DNA of 64,000 bases from Eutreptiella sp. 'Long Island Sound 2002' (taxonomy: Eukaryota > Protista > Euglenida). Where the stretch lies: the NCBI GenBank assembly GCA_964036045.1, contig OZ038378.1, positions 164,734,001-164,798,000 on the forward strand, in the 5' to 3' direction. Under the pieces are notes generated by a model, which saw only the letters and a program-made list of their open reading frames with translations, was not told the DNA's origin and made no database searches. The number at the start of each line of letters is the position of its first letter. The stretch's first letter is position 1. Of the stretch, positions 1 through 11,397 are shown piece after piece. The position numbers and the translations under genes are program-made.

Positions 1-679
1 CATGCGGAATGGTCATCAGATTGAGCATCATGCACCTTTGGACCATGTTCTTTTCTCAATCTGCAGCCCTTCTCTAGTGCCCTCAGAGGCCTCTCCAACA
101 CAAGGGTGGTACTGCAGGTCGCGCGCAAGCAGGGGCTTGTCTAAGCACGGGACTTCCTGAGCATTCTGAGTGACGGCTCGTCGCCGGAGGAGCATTGGAC
201 CTTGTCAGGGGGGGACTTGTCATCAGATGAAGCCTTGTCGGGAGGGGGTTCCTCGAGCACCGAGTCAAGATTCAGTACGGATGTCAGTGACCGCCAACGG
301 GTCCCGAAGAGACTTATGCGGGGGGTGGGCCAGCCAGGCTCGTAATCAACAACCCTGATCGCCTAAAGGCGCAGCGACCCTACCCATTAGCCGGATGAAA
401 TGCTGTCTGAAGTTGGCGCCGCCTATTGGCCTCTTACTGCTTACCCTTGTCCTTCCTTGAACCCAGTGCCCATTGGCCTCTCACCAGCTTGTGCCCTTCC
501 TCTCCCTGGTGGCTGCAAAAGTCCACAGTGTTAAAGGCCCCAGCAGATGGAATTTGCCCCCCCCCCCCCCCGCCGCCCTTACGCAAGCACGCTGAAAGTC
601 AGGAAAACGACAGTGACAAGTCCCGTGCTTAGCCATAATCCGACGATGGCCGTCACCCCCGGTATCCCACCCGCAGGAA

Positions 680-2020
680 ATCACTGTTCGCGTGTCCAGC
701 AAACGCGACAGAGCCGCGGCCCACAGTTGTCCAGACGCGGCAAAGCCGCGCCCATGTGTCCAGCAAGCGGCAAAGCCGCCATCATGTGTGCGTGCACATC
801 CTGCAGTTTGAGCAAAGTTTGCAATGAGATCCTGGCCCCCTTGCACAGTTCCCCAAGAAGAGGGTTTGGCATAATAGAAGGATGCAGCAAACCAAATGTC
901 CCACTATTCAACCATCCTGCTGCTGGGATCATCCAACAATAGTTGTAGTGGAAAGGTAATGTTTGGGACAGTACACGATGAGCTAGCTTCAACAGAGATC
1001 TGCTTTGCTATCCATTTTCTATCCCCCTGCGTCCCACTCCCCTTCACCAGCTCGCAGTCCAGCGCCACCAGGAGAAAGCAACACCAACACTGAGACCAGA
1101 ACCTATGGGAACCAAAGGGCTGCTGCCCCAAATAATTTGGTTTGGCAATAGGTTGTATTTCACTAGGGATCTTGTTGGCAATGTCGGCATCCCTGCATAT
1201 CCAAACCAGTGCCAAAATTTGCACCAAAGGACAGAACGAAGAAGCTTGGTGAGCAGTTGCAACTATTTTTAAGAGGTGAGCTACCCCCCCTTGCGAGGGA
1301 AGGTGCCATGCGGTGGTCCATTTTGAGATGAAAATGAGCTCTTTCCCAGCGTGTTCTCAGGGCGGTCATCCTGGAAGTTTAGGACTATCACCGGTGTGTC
1401 GTGTTGGCGTCCCGAACGAGTGTCGCTCTTCTGCCACGGCAGTTGGGCTATCAAATGATTGCAAATGGGCACTCAATAAGGCGTCCCTCACACCATGGTG
1501 CCGTGCAGAGGTCCACTGTGAGGCAGAAGGACCCAGCTCAGTCCTAGTCACACGTCTTGGTTTAGGGTTGTTGGGGTGCAGAGATGAGATGGCTATAGGA
1601 AGCCAGGCAACGAAAGCTGCAACTGTGAGCATCGGGACAAACATTGTACTCTCACCCACATAACTGCAACCCTAACCCCCATCCCACCTGCAATCCCTCA
1701 CACAAATGACCTTCGATCAAGAAGCAGGTCACTCATGGTACTGGAAACTGGTTGTGTTCCCCCTGTAACCAGCCAGCCTTCCGGGAACACCCTAACCTTG
1801 CACGGCAAACCTCCTGCCAGTACTGACAGGCTTCACATTGTCCGTACCCGCGCATGCTTTGCAAGGGCAATAGTGCAAATTGATTCTGCACTTTGGTGGC
1901 AGCAGCATGCCGAGCAATGATGAAGCCCTTTTTATACGGCTCACAGTCCTTTGTTGATAGGGCTTTGAACACATCATCAACGAAAGGGCCAAAGCTGGGG
2001 GCGTCAACCAATTGAGTATA
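680..2020 (-). pseudogene. Highly degenerate non-LTR reverse transcriptase remnant
   Basis: Fragmented minus-strand peptides weakly resembling RT motifs (YDNV..GVPGRLV, NYLG, GGQDL) with many stops and frameshifts. Confidence 0.3.
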
Positions 2021-2127
2021 CAAGCTGATTAGACTGCAAGGGGTGGCAGTGAATGCCCTAATGAGCTACAGCGTGTGCTTGCCGTGCTTAGGTACCCCCA
2101 CCGCCTCCCCGTCTCTGTGCTGTGCAG

Positions 2128-2508
2128 ATGTCTTCATCCCCCAAGGATGAACCAAAGTCACCCCCACCCACCCCACCACCACCACAGCAGCCCCAAGTCA
2201 AGAAGGCTGGCAAAGGTGATGCGTGGCGCGGGTTTGTTGCAGGTGCCGCTGCTGCCGTCTGTGCAGGGGCCTGCACTCACCCCATCGACACGGTGAAGGT
2301 CAGGATGCAGCTGGCTGGCGGGGCAAACGTGGGGATGCTTGCCACCGCGAAGAACATCATCAGAACGGAGGGCTATTTCGCGCCTTTCTACGGAATCAGC
2401 GGCAACGTCATGCGCCAAACCTTCCTCATTGGGAGCCGGTTGGGCTTTTACAACATGCTGAAGAGGCGGTTTGAGGACGACCAGGGGAGGCTGTCCTTCT
2501 GGGGCAAG
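2128..2508 (+). CDS. Mitochondrial carrier (SLC25; dicarboxylate/2-oxoglutarate-malate carrier-like), exon 1
   Basis: ATG directly after tgtgcag; encodes MSSSPKDEP...ACTHPIDTVKVRMQL (PxDxxKxRxQ carrier signature)...SFWGK; GT donor at 2509; 381 nt = 127 codons, phase 0. Confidence 0.9.
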
Positions 2509-2552
2509 GTGGATCTCCTGCCCCTGCCTGCGTCCTGCGTCCTGTTGGGGGA

Positions 2553-2697
2553 TAACCGACGGCGGTTGGGCGGTACCCGACGGCGGTTGGGTCGAAACCG
2601 ATGGCGGTTGGAGGCTAACCGACGGCGGTTGGGGGGTAACCGACGGCGGTTGGACGGTAACCGACGGCCGTTGGGAGGAAACCGATGGTGGCTGGAG
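2553..2697. repeat. Intronic tandem repeat of TAACCGACGGCGGTTGG-type units
   Basis: About 7 imperfect units, each with an AACCG/CGGTT inverted pair, inside intron 2509-2843. Confidence 0.85.
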
Positions 2698-2843
2698 GGT
2701 AGCTGTGTGCATTCTATGTTTATTTTGTCAGTGTGAGAGAGGGGAGGGGGTCTTTCTTTTCCTTTTTTTTTTTTTTTTTTTTTTTTTTTTGCCCTAACGG
2801 ACGGCCTGGGCCCGGTGATACAACATCTCTCCCATGTCCTCAG

Positions 2844-3539
2844 GTGGGTTGTGGTATGGCCGCCGGGGCCCTCGGGGCTGCCGTGGGCAACCCCGCCGAC
2901 CTGTGCATGGTGCGCATGCAAGCCGACGGGCGCCTGCCGGTGGAGCAGCGCCGCAACTACAAGCACGCGATCGACGCCCTGGCGCGGGTGGCCCGCGAGG
3001 AGGGGGTGCTGAACCTCTGGCAGGGCACGCAGGCCACCATCAACCGCGCCATGATCGTCACCGCCGCGCAGATGTCCTTCTACGACCAGGCCAAGGAGGT
3101 CATCATGAAGACGCCGCTGGGCGACACCCCCGCCACCCACACGCTCGCGTCGCTGGTGGCCGGCGGCGCCGCCTCGCTGGCGTCGAACCCCTTCGACGTG
3201 GCGAAGACCCGGCTGCAGAACATGAAGACGGAGGCCGACGGCAGCAAGCCGTACAGTGGGACGTTCGACTGCATCGGGAAGACGGTGCGGAACGAGGGGC
3301 CGCGCGCGCTTTTCAAGGGCCTCACCGCGACCTTCACCCGCCAGGCCCCCCTCAACGTCGTCCGCTTCGTCGCCCTGGAGCAGCTCAACAAGATGTTCGA
3401 CCGCATGGGGCACGCCCCGGTCATTCTGGACAACGTTTCCTTCAACAAACCCGTGCTTTGCCGGTGCGGGAAGGAGCTGCGCAAGTGCGGGGTCTGCCTC
3501 CGCGAGACGAAGCTGGACCTGCTGGGGCTGTCACACTAA
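2844..3539 (+). CDS. Mitochondrial carrier, exon 2 (to TAA)
   Basis: Acceptor cctcag|gtg gives in-frame join K|VGCGMAAG; signatures NPADLCMVRMQADGRLP..RRNY and NPFDVAKTRLQ; high GC3; spliced product 358 aa. Confidence 0.9.
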   Translation: MGCGMAAGALGAAVGNPADLCMVRMQADGRLPVEQRRNYKHAIDALARVAREEGVLNLWQGTQATINRAMIVTAAQMSFYDQAKEVIMKTPLGDTPATHTLASLVAGGAASLASNPFDVAKTRLQNMKTEADGSKPYSGTFDCIGKTVRNEGPRALFKGLTATFTRQAPLNVVRFVALEQLNKMFDRMGHAPVILDNVSFNKPVLCRCGKELRKCGVCLRETKLDLLGLSH

Positions 3540-6500
3540 ACGTCTGCCTCCCCTTGCGGGTGGTGCACTGTGGGTGGTGCTGAGCCTGGCGACTTCGCGC
3601 CGAGCGGGGCATCCCAAGGGGGTGCTTGTCGCTGCGGGCGGTGCGCTGTAGGTCGCACGCTCGTTCGTGCGGGGGGGGGCAGCGGCAGGGGCCCGGGGCA
3701 TTGGCCGTGGTAACGGCCACGCAGGCAGGGGGACCGGGAGGTGGTCGCGGTGGCAGGAGCAGGACCAGGACGGGGATGGCGGTGGCGGTGGCAGTGGGAG
3801 TCCGGGCGTGGGGGCGGGAGGAGGAGGGGCAGAGGGCCTCTGCCCGTGCCCATGCCCCATGCCCCTGCCCCCGTCCCTCCCTCTGCCGCCGCCACCGCCC
3901 CGTGTCCGCGCGACTCGCCAGGCCTCCGCCCCCGTGCACGTGCCCCTGGCTCTGGGTCTGCCCCGTGCCCCTGCCCTCGCCGTAAGACTGGCAGCGGTCG
4001 GCCCCGCCATTTTGGGATGGTGTGGGCCGCAGCGCCACCATTCAGTGCCCATCGCCAGCCCCTCTCGGCGCTTTCCCTTGCAGTCCGCTCGCGGTCGCGA
4101 ACTGTGTTGTCCTCGTTGTTGTGAACGATGAGTGACTGTACGACACCCCCTTACCACGCCCCACGGCCGCGCTGGCCCGCCTCTCTTGCCACCGCGGGCG
4201 TGGGGTGCGTACTGATACTTGGATCCTGTGTCCAACAATGGCGTGTCTACGCAACGTACACTGCCGACACCTTTGCCGCAGAACATGCCCGTGCCCACGG
4301 AGCCAATCAGTGGTCACTCTGCAAAGAGTAGCAACCGGGGCAATGGCTGTCAGCTATTGTGCAGACGCACAGTAGTGAGTCCCACTGCTGCCGCTGGGCT
4401 TCAATGTGGGACGGCCTGTTCTGCGGCGCAATACTCCACGTACTAATGGCCTACCAATACCTTTTGTTGTTTGCTTGTTTTTTGCAGCGGGGCTCGTACT
4501 GATGTCGAGGGACTCTCAGGCGCGGTGCGCGCGCGGTGCTTGCATTTGGGTTGCAGGAGCCAGGGCAGTGATGATGTTGGAGACACCCTCCACCAAAAAA
4601 ATCAATGTAGCCCCCCCCCCCCCCCCGCAGAAGGAGCGGTGAGAGGCCGATAGGCGCCGCCACAGGCAAACAATTATATACCGAGGCCGGCGTTTGTGGT
4701 CTGTTTTCGGTTTCGCAACAGCGTGCCATGTCTTGTCCCAGGGCCATGTGCACTGCAGTGCACAGACTGCCCCTCGTCTGAACGCCGCACGCGGTTGTTT
4801 CCGTTGGTTTTTGGCCCCCGGCTGTTGTTTAGACAAAGGAGGGGGTTGGCTGCGCAGACACGCTGCAGGAAAAACGTGTTGTAGGACAGCAACAGTGCAT
4901 TCCAGATGCCTCCAAGGGGCAGTATTTTTTGAGGGGTCCTGACGGGAGACCGTTGACTCGGAATTTCGTCAAAACCCGCCACCGTGCGCATGGGGCATGA
5001 GCGGCGTGCGCCCGGTGCGGATACTCTCTGACAGGATTGCGCTGTCTGTCACGGTCCTGGCCTCCCATTGACCTGTGCGCGTATGTGTGGCGTTCTCTTA
5101 CTGATGCCTCCGCTTCAAGTCTCTTCCATTGACCACAAATGCCACAGACTCGGATGCACTGTGCGTTCGGATACTCGCAGAGGCATGACCAATGACTACG
5201 TCCTTTTCAATTCCACCCGGGAACGCAGGCCTGGCAAGGTGCTGTGCGGGGCTTGCGGCTGGAGCATGGTCCGATTGCTGGGTGAGGTCCGGCAGTTTGC
5301 CCTTCCTTGTTGGTGGCATCTGCAGTGCACGTACGCCCGAGGACCATGCACACGTCCAAGTCTAGTGTGTTTTTTTTTGTTTGGTAAGGATGCAGTGAGT
5401 AGTGTTTGTGTGACGTATTCATATTCCGTGGACAGCCCACAGCGCCACGCATGCGTGACACCCGTGCACATCCCATGCACCCGTGGCTTTCCGTTAATCC
5501 CACTCAATGGTTGTCATATGACGTAGTCCAGGAGCAGGGGCAGCGCGATGCTGCGTTCCCACCGAATTCACTCATGTTGAGGGAGGGGTCCAGGACTTGG
5601 GAATTGGTGAACTTTCTGGGCAAGGTCTCTTGTGCAACGCAGCTCACAGCAGCACCATGGTTGCAACACAAGGCCCAGGGCTCCATTTTGTTGCCTATTG
5701 TAGCAGCTCACTGAGTGTTTGTTATGTGGAGTTATACAATCCTCTTCTTGATTCACCTTAGGGAGGCTTCATGGATGATCCGTCATAACAGCAGCGAACA
5801 TGGCATTGTACAGGAATTGTGCAAGGGCCATGGTTTATCCTTGGGACCTGCAAATGTTTGCAGTTCACAATCTCACGTTTTATCATCCACCACATGTACA
5901 GGGGTGCTCCGGGACGCACCTTGTGCAGTCACACATCTTCTACATGGTGAACATACGACTGAATTTCTTGGGGTTTCTTTGTTCTGCAGCCTTTTTGTTC
6001 TGCTCAAGGACGGTGTTTGGCTGTGGCACAAATGCTGCACAATTGTGCACGAAGATGCACAAAGGTGCACAAAAAGGGGTGGAGTGGAACGTTGAGATAG
6101 CATCAGTGAGGGATTGGGGGCACACAGGGAGTCAAGGCATTGACGAGTCAGCACTCAGATTTGGAAGGTCTCATAACTGCTAGTTACTGAAATTGCCGGT
6201 GGTGAGGATTGTGATGCCAGACATAGTCAAAGTTTTTGGTGCAAAATGTGACAAGCAGTTGCTAGGCACCGCGCCCCCCGCACCACAAGCTACAACAGCC
6301 CTCCATAAAGCCCTCGCTAGCCCCCGACTGCAGAACCTCAACGACACCTGTGCTCACAGAACTGAGGCCCAGTGTTTGGGCAGGCTCTCAATGGGACACT
6401 GGACCAAAGTTCCGCAGAAGCTCCAGTTTAGCCCCCCTTGTCACAGGTGCAGCTGCATTTTTGAATTTACTGCCAGCGAACCCACTGGTCCTCCCCTAAT

Positions 6501-9500
6501 GTTCTTGTCCAGAATTCCGTTTGCCTGCAGGAGAGGGGCCAGGGAGTGTGAGACCGTATTTACTACCAATCGACCCAAGGAAGAGTGGGACCCGAGGCAG
6601 AAGGGAGGGGAGTGAAACAGGAGGTGGTCAAGCGTGGATGCCCAAGAGCTTTGGGTGTCACATACACTCAGTCCCAGGGACACACTATTGCCTGTTCTCT
6701 GTGTGGGAAATTTGCAGAATCGAGTACTGCGTTGAAGGCCACGTGGTGCAGCATCCGATTGCACCATCACATCGTGGTAACAAAGTAGTAGCAGGAAAAA
6801 CACAGTAAAAACCAATAACAAGAACGCACCAAGAAAAGGTACAGTGTTTTCTGGGGCTCTGAAATTAGATTTTCACCAAAGTTTTAGTTCAACAGCCTGC
6901 AAGATGCATGCGCAGTGCACTTACGGTGCGCGCATGGTGCACTTACAGTGTGCAGACTCTCCTAGGGAGAGCAAAGTTTCGGGCATTTGTGTATTTCTCC
7001 TTCTCCACCATTGCACAAACTTAAGTTTAGCAATAAACTATAGTTTTGACTCAGCAGGTCCAGGCCGGGTCATTGTTTATGTGGAGTGAGATCCAGACCT
7101 GAGCGGGGGGGGGGGGGGATTTGTCACCTCCTCCCGCATTGCAGTTTGATGAGTCGAGCCGCCAGTCGGTTCCAACATGTTCCAATATGGACAGGCAAAT
7201 GATGGACTGCTGGACTGGCCTTGCATTTGTGTATTTGTTTGTTTCAGTGAGCTGTGACTGGTTAGGGTGGGCTGGTCAAGGAGGCACATACAACAAAACC
7301 ATGGTGCAAAAACTCTTGTTCAAATGTGTTCATTGTTTGGCCAATGCATGTTGCCACTCTCCGAGGTCACTCCATGCATCCTCCAGCGGGTACGAAAAGT
7401 ACATGTTTGCTGTGACATGCCCCTGTCCTTAACCAAACTTGGAGGGTGTGGCATTGATTTTAGCAAGGCAGTCCAATCACATGAAATATGATACCTGAGT
7501 ATTATTAGCTGAGAACAAAACCGTGGCGGGTCCCACTGGAGTTGGGGGGCCTGGGTGGTTGGTTCAAGGCTCATGGGCGGGTGTGTGGTTGAATAAGAGA
7601 GCCCCTCCTGATTTTCATTTTCCCCCTCAAGAAAGTTCTTCTCATGTGGCTGGCTGGGTAAAATTTGGGTCAGCCAGGGGGGGGGGGGGGGCAGTGCGCC
7701 TGGCATCTTTTTTGGGTCACCTTTGATACGGAGTGCCCCTTTCTGGTCGGGGAGATGGACCGGCCCCTTTCTAGTTGGGGATATGGACTGGTTGACATGT
7801 TGAATCTTTTCAACCATTGTCCCCATTTTCCGTTCTCTGTGACACATTTCACGAACTCCATGCCTAACAGTTCCACTGGTGGCATATGGAGTGCCGACCT
7901 GTGGAATTCTAAGTATGTGTCACATGTTTAAAAGTGAATTGTTGCCGTTGAAATGTCGGCGGTATAGGCATTACCATTAAATGCATTTGAACGGGTACAA
8001 CTTCTCAACTCTGTGCTCATCCCACGCTGGCTGTATCATACCATGTTCATCCCACATGACCGCATGTTTCAGCACATAGACAAAATATGTTTAGAATTTG
8101 CTGCCATTGCCAAAGGATTAGAACACAACAAAGAGAACATACACAAGGCTCACAATGTTACCCACATCAACTCACTTGTCAAGTATGGAGGACTAGGACT
8201 ACAACAAATATACTGGGCTTCTAGACCTAGGTACGTCACCCTTGTCCAAGGATTACCTCGGAAACCCACTGGTAGATTGTCCAGATTGGTGGCACAACCC
8301 ATAGAACGCGTGATGACGCCTCTTCGGGACTATGTCACAGTCTTGTCTCAGATAGGAGGGAACACTACACTGGTTGTAGCCCCGCGCAGAAGACCCCCCA
8401 CTTCCGCAAATCTCATTGATGAGCAGACATCCGGTGATGAAGAATGGATTACGCAACAAGAAGTGGCAGTGGGCATACCTGAATTAGCCAGAAGGTACGT
8501 AACACGATGCAGTGCAAATGAGGATCCCACGGACGGAGAAGTCCCACCAAGTTTTACCCCCGTGGAGATGGCAGGAATACAATGCTACACCAATGGAAAG
8601 CAGGCAGAAGGCGCAGGTAAATTAACCCGGGAAGTAGGAGGAAGAACAATATACAGAGCAGGAGGAGCCATCACTTGTGGTCCACTACTGGTCATTACCC
8701 GAGTGACCGGGCCACAAACCTCATACAGGGCGGAACTACAAAGTGTTGCGGTTAATTCGACTTTGGCTAGCGCACATCAGGAACTGACTTACGACAACAA
8801 AGCAGTTGTGGACCACGCCCTACAGCCTCCCCATAGGGAACGTTCCGATGTGGATTTACGACTCACCATCCAAGAGGAAACGGAACAAGCCCCTCCGGTT
8901 GAGGTGGGTTCCAAGCCACAGGGATATAGCCAAGGCCAAAACCAAGGAAGAGCGAACGGAGATCAAGCGTAACGATGAGTCGACTGGCTTGCCAAAATGG
9001 CAACTGGCCTACCGCTCCCTGAATACACTCCTACCCACCCAGGTGATATTGCTGTCAATGGGGGTCCGGCGCCTACCCCAGCCAAAAAATGGGTCATAGA
9101 GAGGAGACACTATGACTTGTTTTCGGGAACACATTGAGTGTCTTGGCTCCCGCTCAAAGGGACCCGCCGGATGACATGGGTAAAATGGCCAAGGGGAAAT
9201 GAGCGGTGGGATGGATGTGGCGCGCCATGGGATCACAATGTTGTGAAATGCCCCATGTGCAATACCAAGCATGGCACCACCGTGCACAGACGGCTGATTC
9301 AATGCCCAAAATGGGCTCCCTCCTTCCGGAAGGCATGGGCACACTCATGGGGCACATGAGCTGAATACACAGAGCAATGGTGCAATAATGCGTCCCCGGA
9401 AGACATGCACCATGTTGCGTGCCTCAGAGTTCCCAGTTCTTTCTATGACCAATTGCCCCAGGGATATGGACCTCACTTCCCGGAGCACGTGGCTCATCAC

Positions 9501-9598
9501 CAATACATGATGCTTCACATTGTGTACCAGCTAGGAAAGGAGTTCACCATGCCCCCTAGAGACAATGAAGAAACACAGCCCACCCAGCCAGCCAGCCA

Positions 9599-9778
9599 GG
9601 CGTGGCATTTTTGCCTACCACATCAGAGAGCCCTCTGGTATACGCATGTGAACTCTGGGTCTTTGCCATGTGCCCCGCGTTGCGGGGATCCACTGTATCA
9701 TATGCTAGAGACGCCCACTTTCCCAAGCACAGTCTTGAGTACTCTTTGAACTTTTGGAGTTGGTCAAAAAAAAAAAAA
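9599..9778 (+). mobile_element. Short poly(A)-tailed retroposon (extreme 5'-truncated LINE 3' end)
   Basis: Matches 10312-10529 and ~37880-38095; ends in an A tract; imperfect flanking duplication gaaacac(a/g)gccc..cagcca at ~9570-9590 and ~9779-9796. Confidence 0.8.
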
Positions 9779-10311
9779 GAAACACGGCCCAGCCAGTCTG
9801 CTAGTGCATGGTATGGTAAGGTCAAGCCTAGGGTGTGTACACCAAATCCCACCCCACAAGTGTTGCAACAACAAGTAATGTATAAACCTCGGAACCAAAG
9901 CCGTGCAAAAGTCAAGGCACCTACCACGGCGATACAGGAACATGACAAGGAGTATCACAAGATTCTACAACGCCAAGATTCGTACCATACCAAGGTGAAG
10001 GTGCTAAAATACCTTGAGTTCACCCACAATACAATCGGGCATCAAAAAGTGATGGAGAGATTGTCCGCACCCAAGATTAAGTACCAAACCACTAGAATAA
10101 TGCAGGAGGCACAAGACATGCACAACAATGGGTGCCAAAATGTTCTCAGAGACCGGCACTATGACGGTATTTGGTACGGGAGGGTGAGTAGGTGGCTGCA
10201 TTGTATGGAAAAGATATACCAGGAGTGGCTGCATGAGGCGGACCTATCATATCATTTCCTAGGTCTACGACACACACTTATCCAAAAAGGCTTGCAGCGA
10301 CGCGAGGAAGC

Positions 10312-10529
10312 TTAATCCTTAAAACTTACGCATTATAGGCTTGCCATATGGCGTGGCGGTTTTGCCTACCGCATCAGAGAGCCCTCTGGTATACGCATGT
10401 GAACCCTGGGTCTTTGCCATGTGCCCCGCTTTGCGGGGATCCACTGTATCATATGCTGGAGACGCCCACTTTGCCAAGCACAGTCTTGAGTACTCTTTGA
10501 ACTTCTGGAGTCAGCCAAAAAAAAAAAAA
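10312..10529 (+). mobile_element. Short poly(A)-tailed retroposon with 23-bp TSD
   Basis: Exact direct repeat ggcttgcagcgacgcgaggaagc at 10289-10311 and 10530-10552; A tail; internal hairpin CCCCGC-TTT-GCGGGG. Confidence 0.9.
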
Positions 10530-11397
10530 GGCTTGCAGCGACGCGAGGAAGCACCACACAACACAGCCTGCTCACCGCCACAGGCCAAATGGACATGTAC
10601 CACTAGGAGGATAACAGGGCGAATCAGAGCATCAATGGAGTCACCCATGCACATCCCCGTAGCAAAGAAAACTTGTCATAGGTGAGAAGACGAGGGCCAA
10701 ACAGAGTCGTGGTGACCCTAGGTCGCTTTGCAGGTGTACTCAAGGTAGGAATATAAGTTGCTCCTTCTTTGTCAACCTTGACCCCTGTCCTTGACACGGG
10801 AAGACGCTATGGTATGTTGCAAGAGTGTATTAGATCCCGAGATTGAGTGACGTCATCCCCCCCCCCCCCCACACGTTGGCTGAGCAATGGTCTGGTTTTT
10901 GACCATTCACAAAGCAATTCTCCCAACTCTGCTGGAGGCAAAAGAAGGACAATGTTGGGTCCAACAATCAACGACCGCATTGCCCGCAGTTGTGAATAAG
11001 AGCTGGGCTGTGTGGCAGATCAACCCTGCACGACTGCCCTCTGGCACCAGCACAACCCTCAACGGTCTAAGCCTAACACCAGCACCACGTGGGGGCGAAT
11101 GCCATGTCTGCACACACCCAAAGAGGGTTTCCCGAATCTCTCTTGAGAGCCTGCTGGATTGCAGCATGGCAGATCAAAAGAATTCATTGCTCGCAATCCC
11201 CCTGGACCGAGTGTGGGGGGCAGATCCAGAACCAAACACAGCCTACCAGCCCCCATGCACCCTGTGTCCAACATGGTTTTCAGTTGCATGCTGGCAGGGA
11301 TTCGATCCCTGTGTAGCCACCACAAATAGCATCAGCAACGCGAGGTGTTGTTGTCACTGTCACTGCCATAGTCACTGACACCCATACTAGGGCATAC

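Larger units (their letters stand above)
7430..10685 (+). mobile_element. Degenerate LINE ORF2: RT, RNase H, CCHC knuckle and C-terminal extension
   Basis: IDFSKA (~7450), ERVQLLNSVLIPRWLY and KYGGLGL (RT C-terminus), CYTNG...QTSYRAEL...YDNKAVV...WVPSH (RNase H), CPMCNTKHGTTVHRRLIQC knuckle; stops, frameshifts and two nested insertions. Confidence 0.8.

Noticed and set aside
2448-3413. 321-aa minus-strand ORF
   Set aside because: Antisense shadow of the high-GC3 carrier gene.
9602-10315. Stand-alone 237-aa gene
   Set aside because: Chimera of a retroposon insertion read through poly(A) into the LINE C-terminal extension.
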